From Muribaculaceae bacterium (GTDB lineage: Bacteria; Bacteroidota; Bacteroidia; Bacteroidales; Muribaculaceae): a DNA stretch of 64,000 nt. Below, in pieces: positions 1 through 10,161 of this stretch. The translations under genes were made by a program, and so were the position numbers. The stretch's first letter is position 1. Every line of letters begins with the position of its first letter. Below the pieces are notes generated by a model. It did not search any database, was not told the origin of the DNA, and saw nothing but the letters and a program-made list of their open reading frames with translations. The stretch is taken from assembly GCA_009775355.1 (NCBI GenBank), contig VSPN01000005.1:6563-70562 (forward strand), read 5' to 3'.

Positions 1-177
1 GCAAGAAGCTCCAACCTTGTGCTCCTCGGTGCCGCTTCTCCGTTTATCGATATCGAGCCGGAGAAGATCGAAGAGGCTGTGCGCGCTCTTTTCATTCCGA
101 AGGGGGAAAAGATCGTAGAGGCGAACATCGCCGCGTTCCGCGCTGGACGCGAGCGGGCACTCGAGATTAAGAAATAA
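1..177 (+). CDS. 3' end of a 2-oxoacid:ferredoxin oxidoreductase gamma-type subunit (IorB-like), partial
   Basis: Frame 1 is open from the window edge to TAA at 175-177. The tail ...SNLVLLGAASPFIDIEPEKIEEAVRALFIPKGEKIVEANIAAFRAGRERALEIKK resembles C-termini of POR/IOR gamma-domain subunits (from memory, not searched). Confidence 0.4.
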   Translation, partial: ARSSNLVLLGAASPFIDIEPEKIEEAVRALFIPKGEKIVEANIAAFRAGRERALEIKK

Positions 178-195
178 TGTCTCACTTCACAGTCA

Positions 196-1512
196 TTGAC
201 CATGTTTCCGATAGATAAAGAAACGTTCGACGCTGTCGTGAGGCGTCTCATGATAATGGATCTCGGTTCGGCCACTATCCGTCAGATCTGCACCCTTGCC
301 GGTGAGATTGAGCACGAGGCCGGCGAACCGATGGTTCACCTCGAGATAGGCAATCCGGGTCTTGACGCCGAACGCGTCGGAGTCGAGGCCGAGATTCGTG
401 CTCTCGAAGGGGGAGTGGCCAACAAATATCCCGCCATCCAGGGCATACCTGAGCTCAAGCAGGCCGGCTCTGAATTCATCAAGGCTTTCCTTGGTGTCGA
501 CATGCCAGGCAAGTGCGTCATACCCACAGTCGGATCGATGCAGGGCAGTTTCACACTCCAACTGCTTCTCGCGCAGCGTATCCCGGGCAAAGACAGGATG
601 CTCTTCATCAACCCCGGCTTTCCAGCACACATCACGCAGGCGAAGGTGCTCGGCATAAAGACTGAGCAGTTCGACATATACCGCTATCGCGGCGTGGCTC
701 TTGAGGCGAAACTCGAGGAGATTCTGTCGAAGGGCGACATCACCGCAATGCTCTACAGTAATCCCAACAACCCGGCGTGGACTAATCTGACAGAGACCGA
801 ACTTGAGATAATCGGGCGTCTTGCCACCAAGTATGACTGCATAGTCCTTGAAGATCTCGCTTACTTTGGAATGGACTTCCGTCAGGATGTGAGCCGTCCC
901 GGCGAGCCCCCGTTCGGCGCGACTGTGGCGCGTTATACAGACAATTATATCCTGATGCTCTCAGGATCCAAGATATTTAGCTATGCGGGGCAGCGTATTG
1001 CACTTGTATGCATCGGCCCGGAGGTTTACGACCGCCGTTACGACTTCTTTGAGAAGTTCTACGAGATGCCGGCTTTCGGAGACGCATATATCTTCGGCGT
1101 GCTCTATTGCGCCTCTTCAGGCACATCGCATTCTGCCCAGCATGCCATGGCCGCCATGCTTTCGGCCGCGGCCCGCGGAGAACTAAAATTCATCGACCAT
1201 TGCTCGGAATATGGCCGTCGTGCCGAGATCGTCAAGAGGATATTTACCGACAATGGTTTCCATATCGTATACGACATGGACGGCGACTCTCCGATAGCCG
1301 ACGGTTTCTTCTTCACGATCGGTTACCCCGGCATGTCGGGCGTCGAGCTCCAGCAGGAGCTGATCCGATACGGGGTGTCGTCGATCTCGCTTGTCTCGAC
1401 AGGCTCGGAGCAGCCGGGCATACGCGCATGCGTATCAATGATATCAGATCAGGACTCTTTCGACCGTCTTGAGCGTTTCCTTAAGAAATTTAACGAAGAC
1501 CACCGGAAATGA
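196..1512 (+). CDS. PLP-dependent aminotransferase, class I/II
   Basis: 438-aa ORF. It has the SNPNNPAWT motif (NPxNPTG-like) and SGSKIFSYAGQRIA (PLP-lysine context). Its stop overlaps the next start (ATGA at 1509-1512). Confidence 0.85.
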   Translation: MTMFPIDKETFDAVVRRLMIMDLGSATIRQICTLAGEIEHEAGEPMVHLEIGNPGLDAERVGVEAEIRALEGGVANKYPAIQGIPELKQAGSEFIKAFLGVDMPGKCVIPTVGSMQGSFTLQLLLAQRIPGKDRMLFINPGFPAHITQAKVLGIKTEQFDIYRYRGVALEAKLEEILSKGDITAMLYSNPNNPAWTNLTETELEIIGRLATKYDCIVLEDLAYFGMDFRQDVSRPGEPPFGATVARYTDNYILMLSGSKIFSYAGQRIALVCIGPEVYDRRYDFFEKFYEMPAFGDAYIFGVLYCASSGTSHSAQHAMAAMLSAAARGELKFIDHCSEYGRRAEIVKRIFTDNGFHIVYDMDGDSPIADGFFFTIGYPGMSGVELQQELIRYGVSSISLVSTGSEQPGIRACVSMISDQDSFDRLERFLKKFNEDHRK

Positions 1513-2819
1513 AAGCAACCCACGACATAAACTATGTCTCGGCCGCCGAGGCGGTCAGACTGATCGAGAGTGGCGACCACATATATCTGCAGGGCTCGAC
1601 TTCCACCCCCGAACTTCTTGAGAAGGCTCTTGCCGACCGCGGGCATGAACTTCGCGATGTCACGGTCATAACCGGTTTCGGCGTGTGTCGAGGCGAGTCG
1701 CCTCTCTGCCGTCCGGAGTTCAAGGATACATTTCTTGTGAATTCTTTCTTTGTCAATAACGGTTTCCGCAGATGGATCAACGAGGGTTACGGCTCGATGA
1801 CTCCCAGGTTTCTCGGCGAGGTGCCGCAGCTGATACGCGACGGCACGTGGCGTGTCGATGTGGTTCTTCTGAACTGTTCGGCTCCCAATGAGGAGGGACT
1901 GGTCAGCTTCGGAGTTTCGGGTGATGTGGCCTGCTCGGCAGTGGAATGTGCCGACCGGATCATTGCCCAGATCAATCCGGAGATGCCGTTCTCTTATGGC
2001 GACCCGACAGTGCATATCTCGCGCATCGACGCGTGCGTGAGGTGCGACACTCCTCTTGTCGAGGTGCCTACCCCTGAGCCTACCGAAGCTGAGATAAGAA
2101 TCGGAGAATACATCGCCGAGAGAATACCCGACGGCGCGACTCTGCAGATCGGTGTCGGAGGGATCCCCAATGCCGTGATTCGCGCTTTGTCAGGTCACAG
2201 ACATCTCGGTCTGCACACCGAGGCGATGACCGACGGAGTAGTGCCTCTGCTTGAAAGCGGAGTGATCGACAACTCTCTCAAGAAGGTGCTTCCCGGCAAG
2301 TCGGTGGCATCGCTCGCCCTCGGATCAAAGAGGCTTTACGAATATATGGACGGCAATCCCGACATAATATTCCGCGATGTGGCGTGGACCAACAATCCCT
2401 ATGTCATCGGCCAGAATCCGAAGGTCATGTCGATCAACTCATGTCTGGAGATAGATCTTACGGGTCAGATATGCGCCGATTCTATAGGCACACGGATATT
2501 CTCGGGTGTCGGAGGACAGCATGACTTCGTGTTCGGATCATCGCTCTCAGAGGGAGGACTCTCGTTTCTTGCCATGCTCTCGACCACCAACAAGGGGCAC
2601 AACAAGATCAAGCCCGTGCTGACGGAAGGCGCCGGAGTCGTGACCACGCGGTTCCAGACCAACTATATAGTGACCGAATACGGTGCGGTCGATCTGCGTG
2701 GCAAGACACTTGCCGAGCGCGCGAAACTGCTGATATCGGTTGCCGCTCCGCAGTTCCGCGAGGAACTTGAGCGTGCCGCCGCCGAACGGTTCGGCTACGC
2801 ATTCCTCCGCCTCAGATAG
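1509..2819 (+). CDS. acetyl-CoA hydrolase/transferase family protein (4-hydroxybutyrate/succinyl-CoA:acetate CoA-transferase-like)
   Basis: 436-aa ORF with LQIGVGGIPNAV, SGVGGQHDF and IVTEYG motifs typical of family I CoA-transferases. It is translationally coupled to the aminotransferase. Confidence 0.85.
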   Translation: MKATHDINYVSAAEAVRLIESGDHIYLQGSTSTPELLEKALADRGHELRDVTVITGFGVCRGESPLCRPEFKDTFLVNSFFVNNGFRRWINEGYGSMTPRFLGEVPQLIRDGTWRVDVVLLNCSAPNEEGLVSFGVSGDVACSAVECADRIIAQINPEMPFSYGDPTVHISRIDACVRCDTPLVEVPTPEPTEAEIRIGEYIAERIPDGATLQIGVGGIPNAVIRALSGHRHLGLHTEAMTDGVVPLLESGVIDNSLKKVLPGKSVASLALGSKRLYEYMDGNPDIIFRDVAWTNNPYVIGQNPKVMSINSCLEIDLTGQICADSIGTRIFSGVGGQHDFVFGSSLSEGGLSFLAMLSTTNKGHNKIKPVLTEGAGVVTTRFQTNYIVTEYGAVDLRGKTLAERAKLLISVAAPQFREELERAAAERFGYAFLRLR

Positions 2820-2844
2820 ACAACACGCACACCGCGAATGCATA

Positions 2845-2887
2845 AACCGGGTCAGCAAAGGCATGCCGCCTTTCTGACCCGGTTTTA
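2845..2887 (+). terminator. Rho-independent terminator after the CoA-transferase
   Basis: aaccgggtcag/ctgacccggtt 11-bp stem with an inner aaaggc/gccttt pairing, followed by TTTT. Confidence 0.7.
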
Positions 2888-2967
2888 TGACGACCTCGCA
2901 TTTCAAGCGTCAAAATGAAATAATTCACCTTCCGAAGCGTGTATATATAAGTATCAAGTATTCAAAA

Positions 2968-3456
2968 ATGCAGGATTTCGTAGCAATAGATTTCGAGACA
3001 GCCAACGACCGACGCTCCAGTGTGTGCAGCGTCGGCATCGTAATAGTCCGCGGAGGGGAGATTGTCGACAAGTTCTACAGTCTTGTCCGCCCCGTGCCAA
3101 ATTACTATACATATTGGACCACTCAGGTTCACGGTCTGACAAGGAGCGACACTGACGGTCAACCCCCGTTTCCCAAAGTATGGGCGCAAGTTGCCGCCAA
3201 AATCGAGGGGCTGCCGCTTGTGGCTCACAACCGTCCGTTTGATGAGGGTTGTCTTAAAGCCGTCTTTGCGGAATATGGCATGGAATATCCGGGATATGAA
3301 TTCCACTGCACACTGGCCGCTTCCAGGCGTTGTCTTGATATACCGAGCCATCAGCTGCATCTGTCGGCGGCCGCATGCGGCTACGACATGCATGACCACC
3401 ATCACGCTCTTTGCGACGCCGAGGCATGTGCGGCCATCGCGTTGAAACTCTTATGA
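2968..3456 (+). CDS. DEDDh 3'-5' exonuclease (DnaQ/epsilon-like)
   Basis: Start moved to MQDFVAIDFETAN (ExoI DxE). VAHNRPFDEGCL is ExoII and HHALCDAEACA is ExoIII (HxxxD). Confidence 0.8.
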   Translation: MQDFVAIDFETANDRRSSVCSVGIVIVRGGEIVDKFYSLVRPVPNYYTYWTTQVHGLTRSDTDGQPPFPKVWAQVAAKIEGLPLVAHNRPFDEGCLKAVFAEYGMEYPGYEFHCTLAASRRCLDIPSHQLHLSAAACGYDMHDHHHALCDAEACAAIALKLL

Positions 3457-3495
3457 TCCCGATTCCGTTGTACGTAAACAGTTACCCGTTTGCAG

Positions 3496-4434
3496 ATGAA
3501 CAGACAAATCAAGCCTAAAAGTCTTTCGCAGGCATTGCCTGATGAAAGCCGTGAGTCAGCACGTGTCATACGCCGCGTAGTCCGTATCGGATGCGCGGTC
3601 AATGCCTTTCTGATGCTTCTCAAGATCGTGGCCGGTAAGCTGGGACACAGCGACGCTCTCGTGGCCGACGGTTTCCATTCGCTCAATGACCTTGCCGCCG
3701 ACATCATTATGCTTCTCTTCGTCGGCATTTCCTACCGAGCCGCCGATAGCCGCTATTCTTACGGCTACGGGAAGTTCGAGACATTTTCATCTTTCATGAT
3801 ATCTGCGTTTCTTGTCGCGGTGTCGTGCATGATAGGTTTCGAGGCTGTCGAGTATATTGCGGGCTATGCCCGGGGAGAAGAGCTTCCGCAGCCCGACATC
3901 TGGACATTTGTCGTTGTGCTGCTGGCCATGGCTTGTAAGGAAGGTCTTTACCGGTTTTACTCGCGGGCAGGACGCCGCGCCGGGTCGAAGGCCCTGATTG
4001 CCAACGCATGGCATCACCGTAGTGACGCCCTTGCCTCTGTCGCGACTCTTGTCGGGGTCACATTCTCTCACTTTTTCGGTCCCGCTTTCAGGATACTCGA
4101 TCCTGTGGCCTCGCTGGTCATCGCTGTCTTTATCTTTGTGCCGGCGCTGAGGCTGCTGCGGCCGGCGTTTGCCGAACTGATGGAAAGGGCGCTTCCCGCC
4201 GGTGATGTCGAAAAAGCCCGCGAGGCGGTGTCGGCGGTAGCCGGGGCAGGAAAGATAACGTGGATGCGCACGCGCCGCATCGGACATCATCTTGTGTTCG
4301 ATATCGGTGTGGCTGTGCCGCCAGGCATGACAGTGGCGGAATGCGGCGGTCTGAAAGCTGATGTGACCAAGGCACTGAAGGAGACGTTTTGCAGTCATGT
4401 GATTGTGACTGTGTGCCCGGAACCGACGGAATAA
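3496..4434 (+). CDS. cation diffusion facilitator (CDF) family metal efflux transporter
   Basis: HSDALVADGFHSLNDLAADII and WHHRSDALASV metal-site motifs, six hydrophobic segments and a C-terminal cytoplasmic domain. The first ATG at 3496 was chosen over the TTG at 3490. Confidence 0.85.
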   Translation: MNRQIKPKSLSQALPDESRESARVIRRVVRIGCAVNAFLMLLKIVAGKLGHSDALVADGFHSLNDLAADIIMLLFVGISYRAADSRYSYGYGKFETFSSFMISAFLVAVSCMIGFEAVEYIAGYARGEELPQPDIWTFVVVLLAMACKEGLYRFYSRAGRRAGSKALIANAWHHRSDALASVATLVGVTFSHFFGPAFRILDPVASLVIAVFIFVPALRLLRPAFAELMERALPAGDVEKAREAVSAVAGAGKITWMRTRRIGHHLVFDIGVAVPPGMTVAECGGLKADVTKALKETFCSHVIVTVCPEPTE

Positions 4435-4565
4435 TGTCATCCATGACCTGCTTTTCTGGTCAAACATTGCGCGAGACCATGCTTTAATCGTACATTAACG
4501 CACCTTAACAGCGTATGAATAGCGTTTTAAAGTGTATTTGATGATGAAATTCTGAAAAAAATCCG

Positions 4566-4573
4566 TAATTTTG
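4566..4573 (+). promoter_or_regulatory. Bacteroidetes-type -7 promoter box (TAATTTTG) upstream of ddl
   Basis: Exact match to the TAnnTTTG consensus, 75 nt upstream of the preferred ddl ATG. Confidence 0.45.
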
Positions 4574-4647
4574 CATTTTGGAATAATCCGGAGTGTCGCA
4601 TGCCGTCTGATGGCGTTCCATATGCTCCGGCCCAGACTTATAAGAAA

Positions 4648-5844
4648 ATGAAAACCAATGTAGCAGTCTTTTTCGGAGGTCGCTCCGTCGAGCATGAGAT
4701 CTCCGTCATTTCGGCCATACAGGCCATCAACGCTTTCGATGCGGACAAATATGAGATAATTCCTGTGTACATTTCAAAACAGGGCCGCTGGTACACCGGC
4801 CGCAATCTTCTCGACCTGAAGAACTACCGCAATCTCGACAGGCTTGTGGCCGAGGCCGACGAAGTGTTCATGCGTCCCGAATACGGTGACTACAATCTCT
4901 ATAAGGCCGACACCGGATTCTTCTCAAGAAAAAATCAGGTGGTGGCCACTCTTCATGTGGCCATTCCCGTCCTTCACGGCACCAACGGCGAGGACGGTAT
5001 ATTCGAAGGACTGCTCCAGACGATCGGAATCCCCTTCGCCGGCTGCGACACTCTCTCGTCGGCCAACGGCATGGACAAGATCACGATGAAGATGATTCTC
5101 CGCTCCGAGGGAATACCCGTTGTAGATTACGTCTGGTTTACCGACAACGAGTGGAATGGAGGCCGCGACGCTATTGTTGAAAAGATCGAGTCGAAGCTCG
5201 GTTATCCTGTGATTGTGAAGCCTGCCAATCTTGGCTCCTCTGTCGGCATCGGCACGGCAGCCGACCGCCGCGAGCTTGTGGAGCGTGTAAACAACGCCGC
5301 TAAATTCTCACAGCGCATCATTGTAGAGCACATGGTCGAGCGTCTTAAGGAAATCAACTGTTCTGTTCTCGGCGATGCCGACGACCATCGGAGTTCTGTC
5401 TGCGAGGAACCGATCAAGACCGGCAAGTTCCTCTCTTACGAAGACAAATATATGGGCGGAAGCAAGACCGGACAGGGCATGCAGGCAAGCGAGAAGCGAA
5501 TTCCGGCCGATCTCCCGGAGGAGATGAGCGAGAAGATACGACATCTGGCCGGCGAGACATTCCGGGTGCTTTCGTGCCACGGCGTGAGCCGCGTCGACGT
5601 TATGATAGATGAAAAAGACAATTCGGTCTATGTCAATGAGATCAATACGATTCCCGGCTCGCTGTCGTTCTATCTCTGGGAGGCATCGGGCATATCGTTC
5701 ACCGAACTGATGGATCGCCTCGTGGCTCTTGCCCTGAAACGCAAGCGTGCCACCGACCGCAAGACTTTCACTTACGACCAGAATATCTTTGCTCTCGGCG
5801 GCGGCGTAAAGGGTGCCAAAGGATGCAAAGGCTCCAAAATGTGA
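4648..5844 (+). CDS. ddl: D-alanine--D-alanine ligase
   Basis: MKTNVAVFFGGRSVEHEISVISA, HGTNGEDGIFEGLLQTIGIPFAG and VNEINTIPG motifs. Start set at MKTNV (4648) rather than the track's 4600. Confidence 0.9.
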   Translation: MKTNVAVFFGGRSVEHEISVISAIQAINAFDADKYEIIPVYISKQGRWYTGRNLLDLKNYRNLDRLVAEADEVFMRPEYGDYNLYKADTGFFSRKNQVVATLHVAIPVLHGTNGEDGIFEGLLQTIGIPFAGCDTLSSANGMDKITMKMILRSEGIPVVDYVWFTDNEWNGGRDAIVEKIESKLGYPVIVKPANLGSSVGIGTAADRRELVERVNNAAKFSQRIIVEHMVERLKEINCSVLGDADDHRSSVCEEPIKTGKFLSYEDKYMGGSKTGQGMQASEKRIPADLPEEMSEKIRHLAGETFRVLSCHGVSRVDVMIDEKDNSVYVNEINTIPGSLSFYLWEASGISFTELMDRLVALALKRKRATDRKTFTYDQNIFALGGGVKGAKGCKGSKM

Positions 5845-5860
5845 ATTAATTAATCAGCAT

Positions 5861-8800
5861 ATGAAAAAATTCAAGGAATATACCGGTCAGCTCAGTCTGT
5901 CGGACATCAACAAGGAGATGCTCGCAGTCTGGGATGAACAGGCTCTTTTCGAACGCTCCATGAAGGAGCGCGAGGGCTGCCCCTCGTTTGTTTTCTATGA
6001 AGGTCCCCCGTCGGCCAACGGAATGCCCGGAATCCATCATGTCATGGCCCGCACGATCAAGGATATCGTGTGCCGTTACAAGACGATGAAGGGTTTTCAC
6101 GTGAAGCGCAAGGCAGGATGGGATACCCACGGCCTTCCCGTCGAACTCGGTGTGGAGAAGACTCTCGGCATCACAAAGGAGGATATCGGTAAGAAGATAT
6201 CTGTCGATGAGTATAACGCCGCATGCCGCCGCGAGGTGATGAAATACACGAAGGAATGGACTGACCTTACTCACCGAATGGGCTATTGGGTCGATCTCGA
6301 GAATCCCTATATCACATACGACCAGCGCTACATGGAGTCTGTGTGGTGGCTTCTCGCCCGGCTTTACAAGAAAGGATACCTGTATAAAGGATATACAATC
6401 CAGCCCTATTCTCCCGCAGCCGGAACCGGCCTAAGCTCTCATGAGCTCAACCAGCCCGGATGCTACCGTGATGTGAAGGATCTTACGGCTACAGTCCTTT
6501 TTGACATCCTTGACCCCAAACCGGAGATGGAGGGCTGGGGACGTCCCTGCTTCATGGCATGGACCACAACCCCCTGGACTCTTCCTTCCAACACGGCACT
6601 CTGTGTAGGCCCGAAGTTCGATTATGTGGCCGTGCGCACGTATAATCCTTACACCGGCGAGAAAATCACGGTTGTTCTCGCAGAGGTGCTCCTGGATTCC
6701 TATTTCAAGAAAGAAGGGCGTAATATTACACTTGAAGATTATAAACCGGGCGACAAGATCGTGCCGTATGAGATCACGGGCCGCTGGAAGGGTTCCGATA
6801 TCGTGGGCATGCGCTACGCGCAGCTCATGCCGTGGGTGCGCCCCACTGAGCGTGTCGACGAGTTCTCTCCGAAATACGTTACGGACTATGCAGCCGCACA
6901 TCCTGAAAAGGTATACTCTGTAGGCGACGACCGTTTTGTCGAGATTGCCGAGTGCGCGTTCCGCGTCATACCGGGCGACTATGTCACTACCGACGACGGT
7001 ACGGGCATCGTCCACATCGCGCCGACTTTCGGTGCCGATGACGCCAAGGTGGCCAAGGCAGCCGACATACCGGCGCTTTTCATGATCAATGCGAAAGGGG
7101 AGACGCGTCCGATGGTCGATCTTTCAGGTAAATTCTATCTTCTGGAAGATCTTGCTCCCGGCTTTGTGGAGGCATGTGTCGACGTAATTCTTTATTCTCG
7201 CCACGAGGGGCAGTATGTGAAAAACGCCTATGATCCGAAGTATACGGTCGACGGCAAGTTTGACGAGAAGCGTGCCGCCGCCGACGAGGATCTCAATGTG
7301 GAACTCTGCATGGAACTTAAGAAGGATGGCCGTGCGTTCCGCACCGAGAAGCATGTGCATAATTATCCTCACTGCTGGCGCACCGACAAGCCGGTGCTCT
7401 ATTATCCGCTCGACAGCTGGTTCATCCGTACGCCTCAGGCACGCGAGCGTCTGATAGAACTCAACGGTTCGATCAAGTGGAAACCGGCATCGACCGGCTC
7501 GGGCCGCTTCGGCAAATGGCTTGAGAATGTGCAGGACTGGAATCTTTCGCGTTCACGCTACTGGGGCACTCCGCTGCCCATCTGGCGCACTGACGATGGC
7601 CGCGAGGAGGTGATAGTCGAAAGCTACGAAGATCTCTTCAATCGGATCGAGGAGTCTGTGGCCAAGGGTGTCATGGCTTCGAATCCACTTAAGGACAAGG
7701 GGTTCGTGCCCGGCGAATATACTGCTGAAAATTACTCGCGCATCGACCTCCACAGGCCGTATGTCGATGAGATCGTGCTTGTGTCGGAATCTGGTCGCCC
7801 CATGCGCCGGGAGACGGATCTGATCGATGTATGGTTTGATTCGGGCGCGATGCCTTACGCGCAGATCCACTATCCTTTCGAGAACAAGGAGCTGCTCGAC
7901 AGCGGAGAGGTCTATCCCGCCGACTTTATCGCCGAGGGTGTGGACCAGACCCGCGGATGGTTCTTCACTCTGCATGCGATTGCGGGCATGGTGTTCGACT
8001 CGGTGGCTTACAAGGCAGTGATCTCAAACGGCCTCGTGCTCGATAAGCATGGGCAGAAGATGTCGAAGCGTCTCGGCAATGCCATTGATCCTTTCGACAA
8101 CATGGAGCGTTTCGGCATAGATCCCGTGCGTTGGTACATGATCTCCAACTCCTCTCCATGGGACAACCTCAAATATGACGAAGAGGGTGTGGCCGAGGTG
8201 GGCCGCAAGCTTTTCTCGACTCTCTACAACACATACAAGTTTCTCGCCCTCTATGCCAATGTCGATGGTTTCACAGGATCTGAACCTGCTGTGCCTGTAG
8301 CAGAGCGCCCCGAGATCGACCGCTGGATTCTCTCGCTGCTCAATTCTCTCGTGCATGAGGTGGAGACTGATCTTGATGATTACGAACCGACCAAAGCCGC
8401 ACGTGCCATAGAGGAGTTTGTCAACGACAACCTTTCAAACTGGTATGTCCGTCTCAACCGTCGCCGTTTCTGGGCCGGAGAGATGGATCAGGACAAGCTG
8501 GCCGCATATCAGACCCTGACTGAGTGTCTCAGGACTGTGGCTCTGCTCATGGCGCCTTTCTCGCCGTTCTATGCCGACCGCCTGTACACCGATCTCGTCG
8601 CGCCTTCGTCGGACGACGGCGAGTATGTTTCGGTGCATCTCGCCGATTTCCCTGTGGCCGACGTTTCTGTCATCGACAAGGATCTTGAGGAGCGCATGAA
8701 CCTCGCCCAGATCATCACTTCCAATGTGCTCGCCCTTCGCCGCAAGGTCAATCTCAAGGTGCGCCAGCCTCTTCAGACGCTGCTTGTGCCAGTCATGGAT

Positions 8801-9424
8801 GCGGCCCAGAGAAGTGCCATAGAGGCAGTGAAAGGAATTGTGCTCGACGAGGTGAATGTCAAGAATCTCAAACTTGTTGACAACGAAGAGTCTGGACTTG
8901 TGAAGCGCGTCAAGGCCGATTTCAAGAAACTCGGCCCGAAATACGGCAAGATCATGAAGGATCTCGGCAAGGCGATAACCGCAATGCCGCAGAAGGATAT
9001 CGCCGAACTGGAGAAGAACGGTTCGTTCACATTTGAGACACTTCCGGGCGCTCCCTCGGTCACTCTCGATGACGTCGAGGTCATACCGGAGGATATACCG
9101 GGATGGCTTGTCGCAAACGATGGCAGTGTCACTGTGGCACTCGATGTGACAGTCACTCCCGAATTGCGCAACGAGGGAATGGCTCGCGAACTGATCAACC
9201 GTATCCAGAATATCCGCAAGTCTTCCGACTTCGAGATCACCGACAAGGTGCGTGTCGAACTGACTTCCGTTCCCGCCGTGGATGATGCTCTGGCTTCTTT
9301 CGGAGACTATATCGCGGCGCAGGTGCTTGCAGATTCGATCGTCACCGTCGATGCGCTCGAAGGCGGCGATGTGGTCCGTCTCGATATCGACGGCACTGAG
9401 GTTATGGCACGCGTCACACGTTAA
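5861..9424 (+). CDS. ileS: isoleucine--tRNA ligase (long, type 2)
   Basis: PSANGMPGIHH (HIGH region) and KMSKRLGN (KMSKS), with an editing-domain-sized insertion. Start set at MKKFKEY (5861). Confidence 0.95.
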   Translation: MKKFKEYTGQLSLSDINKEMLAVWDEQALFERSMKEREGCPSFVFYEGPPSANGMPGIHHVMARTIKDIVCRYKTMKGFHVKRKAGWDTHGLPVELGVEKTLGITKEDIGKKISVDEYNAACRREVMKYTKEWTDLTHRMGYWVDLENPYITYDQRYMESVWWLLARLYKKGYLYKGYTIQPYSPAAGTGLSSHELNQPGCYRDVKDLTATVLFDILDPKPEMEGWGRPCFMAWTTTPWTLPSNTALCVGPKFDYVAVRTYNPYTGEKITVVLAEVLLDSYFKKEGRNITLEDYKPGDKIVPYEITGRWKGSDIVGMRYAQLMPWVRPTERVDEFSPKYVTDYAAAHPEKVYSVGDDRFVEIAECAFRVIPGDYVTTDDGTGIVHIAPTFGADDAKVAKAADIPALFMINAKGETRPMVDLSGKFYLLEDLAPGFVEACVDVILYSRHEGQYVKNAYDPKYTVDGKFDEKRAAADEDLNVELCMELKKDGRAFRTEKHVHNYPHCWRTDKPVLYYPLDSWFIRTPQARERLIELNGSIKWKPASTGSGRFGKWLENVQDWNLSRSRYWGTPLPIWRTDDGREEVIVESYEDLFNRIEESVAKGVMASNPLKDKGFVPGEYTAENYSRIDLHRPYVDEIVLVSESGRPMRRETDLIDVWFDSGAMPYAQIHYPFENKELLDSGEVYPADFIAEGVDQTRGWFFTLHAIAGMVFDSVAYKAVISNGLVLDKHGQKMSKRLGNAIDPFDNMERFGIDPVRWYMISNSSPWDNLKYDEEGVAEVGRKLFSTLYNTYKFLALYANVDGFTGSEPAVPVAERPEIDRWILSLLNSLVHEVETDLDDYEPTKAARAIEEFVNDNLSNWYVRLNRRRFWAGEMDQDKLAAYQTLTECLRTVALLMAPFSPFYADRLYTDLVAPSSDDGEYVSVHLADFPVADVSVIDKDLEERMNLAQIITSNVLALRRKVNLKVRQPLQTLLVPVMDAAQRSAIEAVKGIVLDEVNVKNLKLVDNEESGLVKRVKADFKKLGPKYGKIMKDLGKAITAMPQKDIAELEKNGSFTFETLPGAPSVTLDDVEVIPEDIPGWLVANDGSVTVALDVTVTPELRNEGMARELINRIQNIRKSSDFEITDKVRVELTSVPAVDDALASFGDYIAAQVLADSIVTVDALEGGDVVRLDIDGTEVMARVTR

Positions 9425-9428
9425 TACG

Positions 9429-10154
9429 ATGGCTGATAATAAAGGAAATGACATGACAGGCATCGCCGGGGGAATCGTTCCTCCGGCGTTGCGCCGTAAT
9501 GCCGGATGGCTTGCGGCGGCTGTGATACTGCTGGTTCTTGTAGCCGACCAGACTCTCAAGATCTGGATCAAGACTCATTTCTATCTTGGCGAGGATCATG
9601 CCCTGACCTCCTGGTTTCATATAAAGTTCATCGAGAACAACGGCATGGCTTTCGGCCTGGAGCTCTGGAATAAGCTTCTGCTTACGTTCGGACGCATTGT
9701 GGCTGTCGCTCTGTTTGTGTGGTGTCTTGTCCGTATGACGTCGCGTTATGAACTGCGCACCGGGTTTATCGTCGCTGTGGCGCTAATCACTGCCGGCGCG
9801 GCGGGTAATATATTCGACTGTGTGTTCTACGGCGTGGTGTTCGACAATCCGATGCCGCCGGCTGTGGCCGGGGCATTTCCTCCGGGAGGCGGTTATTCCA
9901 CATGGTTCGAGGGGCGCGTGGTCGATATGCTCTATTTCCCTCTTTTCGATTTCTACTGGCCCGAGTGGATGCCTTTTGTCGGGGGCGGGTATTATGAATT
10001 CTTCGCCTATATATTCAATATCGCTGATGCTTCGATATGTGTCGGAGTGGCACTGCTGATTCTTTTCTATTCGCGCGATTTCTCGCTGGCGTTCAACGGC
10101 CTCTCGAAAAACCGCGATGGCAATACCGCCGGATCCGACTCCGGCAGAGCGTGA
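9429..10154 (+). CDS. lspA: lipoprotein signal peptidase (signal peptidase II)
   Basis: FIENNGMAFG and FNIADASICVG catalytic-Asp motifs and four TM segments. Start set after the ileS stop (ATG 9429); the N-terminus is uncertain. Confidence 0.85.
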   Translation: MADNKGNDMTGIAGGIVPPALRRNAGWLAAAVILLVLVADQTLKIWIKTHFYLGEDHALTSWFHIKFIENNGMAFGLELWNKLLLTFGRIVAVALFVWCLVRMTSRYELRTGFIVAVALITAGAAGNIFDCVFYGVVFDNPMPPAVAGAFPPGGGYSTWFEGRVVDMLYFPLFDFYWPEWMPFVGGGYYEFFAYIFNIADASICVGVALLILFYSRDFSLAFNGLSKNRDGNTAGSDSGRA

Positions 10155-10161
10155 GACTGTG

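Noticed and set aside
8435-9571. 378-aa ORF antisense to ileS.
   Set aside because: It lies wholly inside a high-confidence ileS gene on the opposite strand. It has Arg/His/Leu-rich composition with no motifs, typical of a shadow ORF in GC-biased coding DNA.
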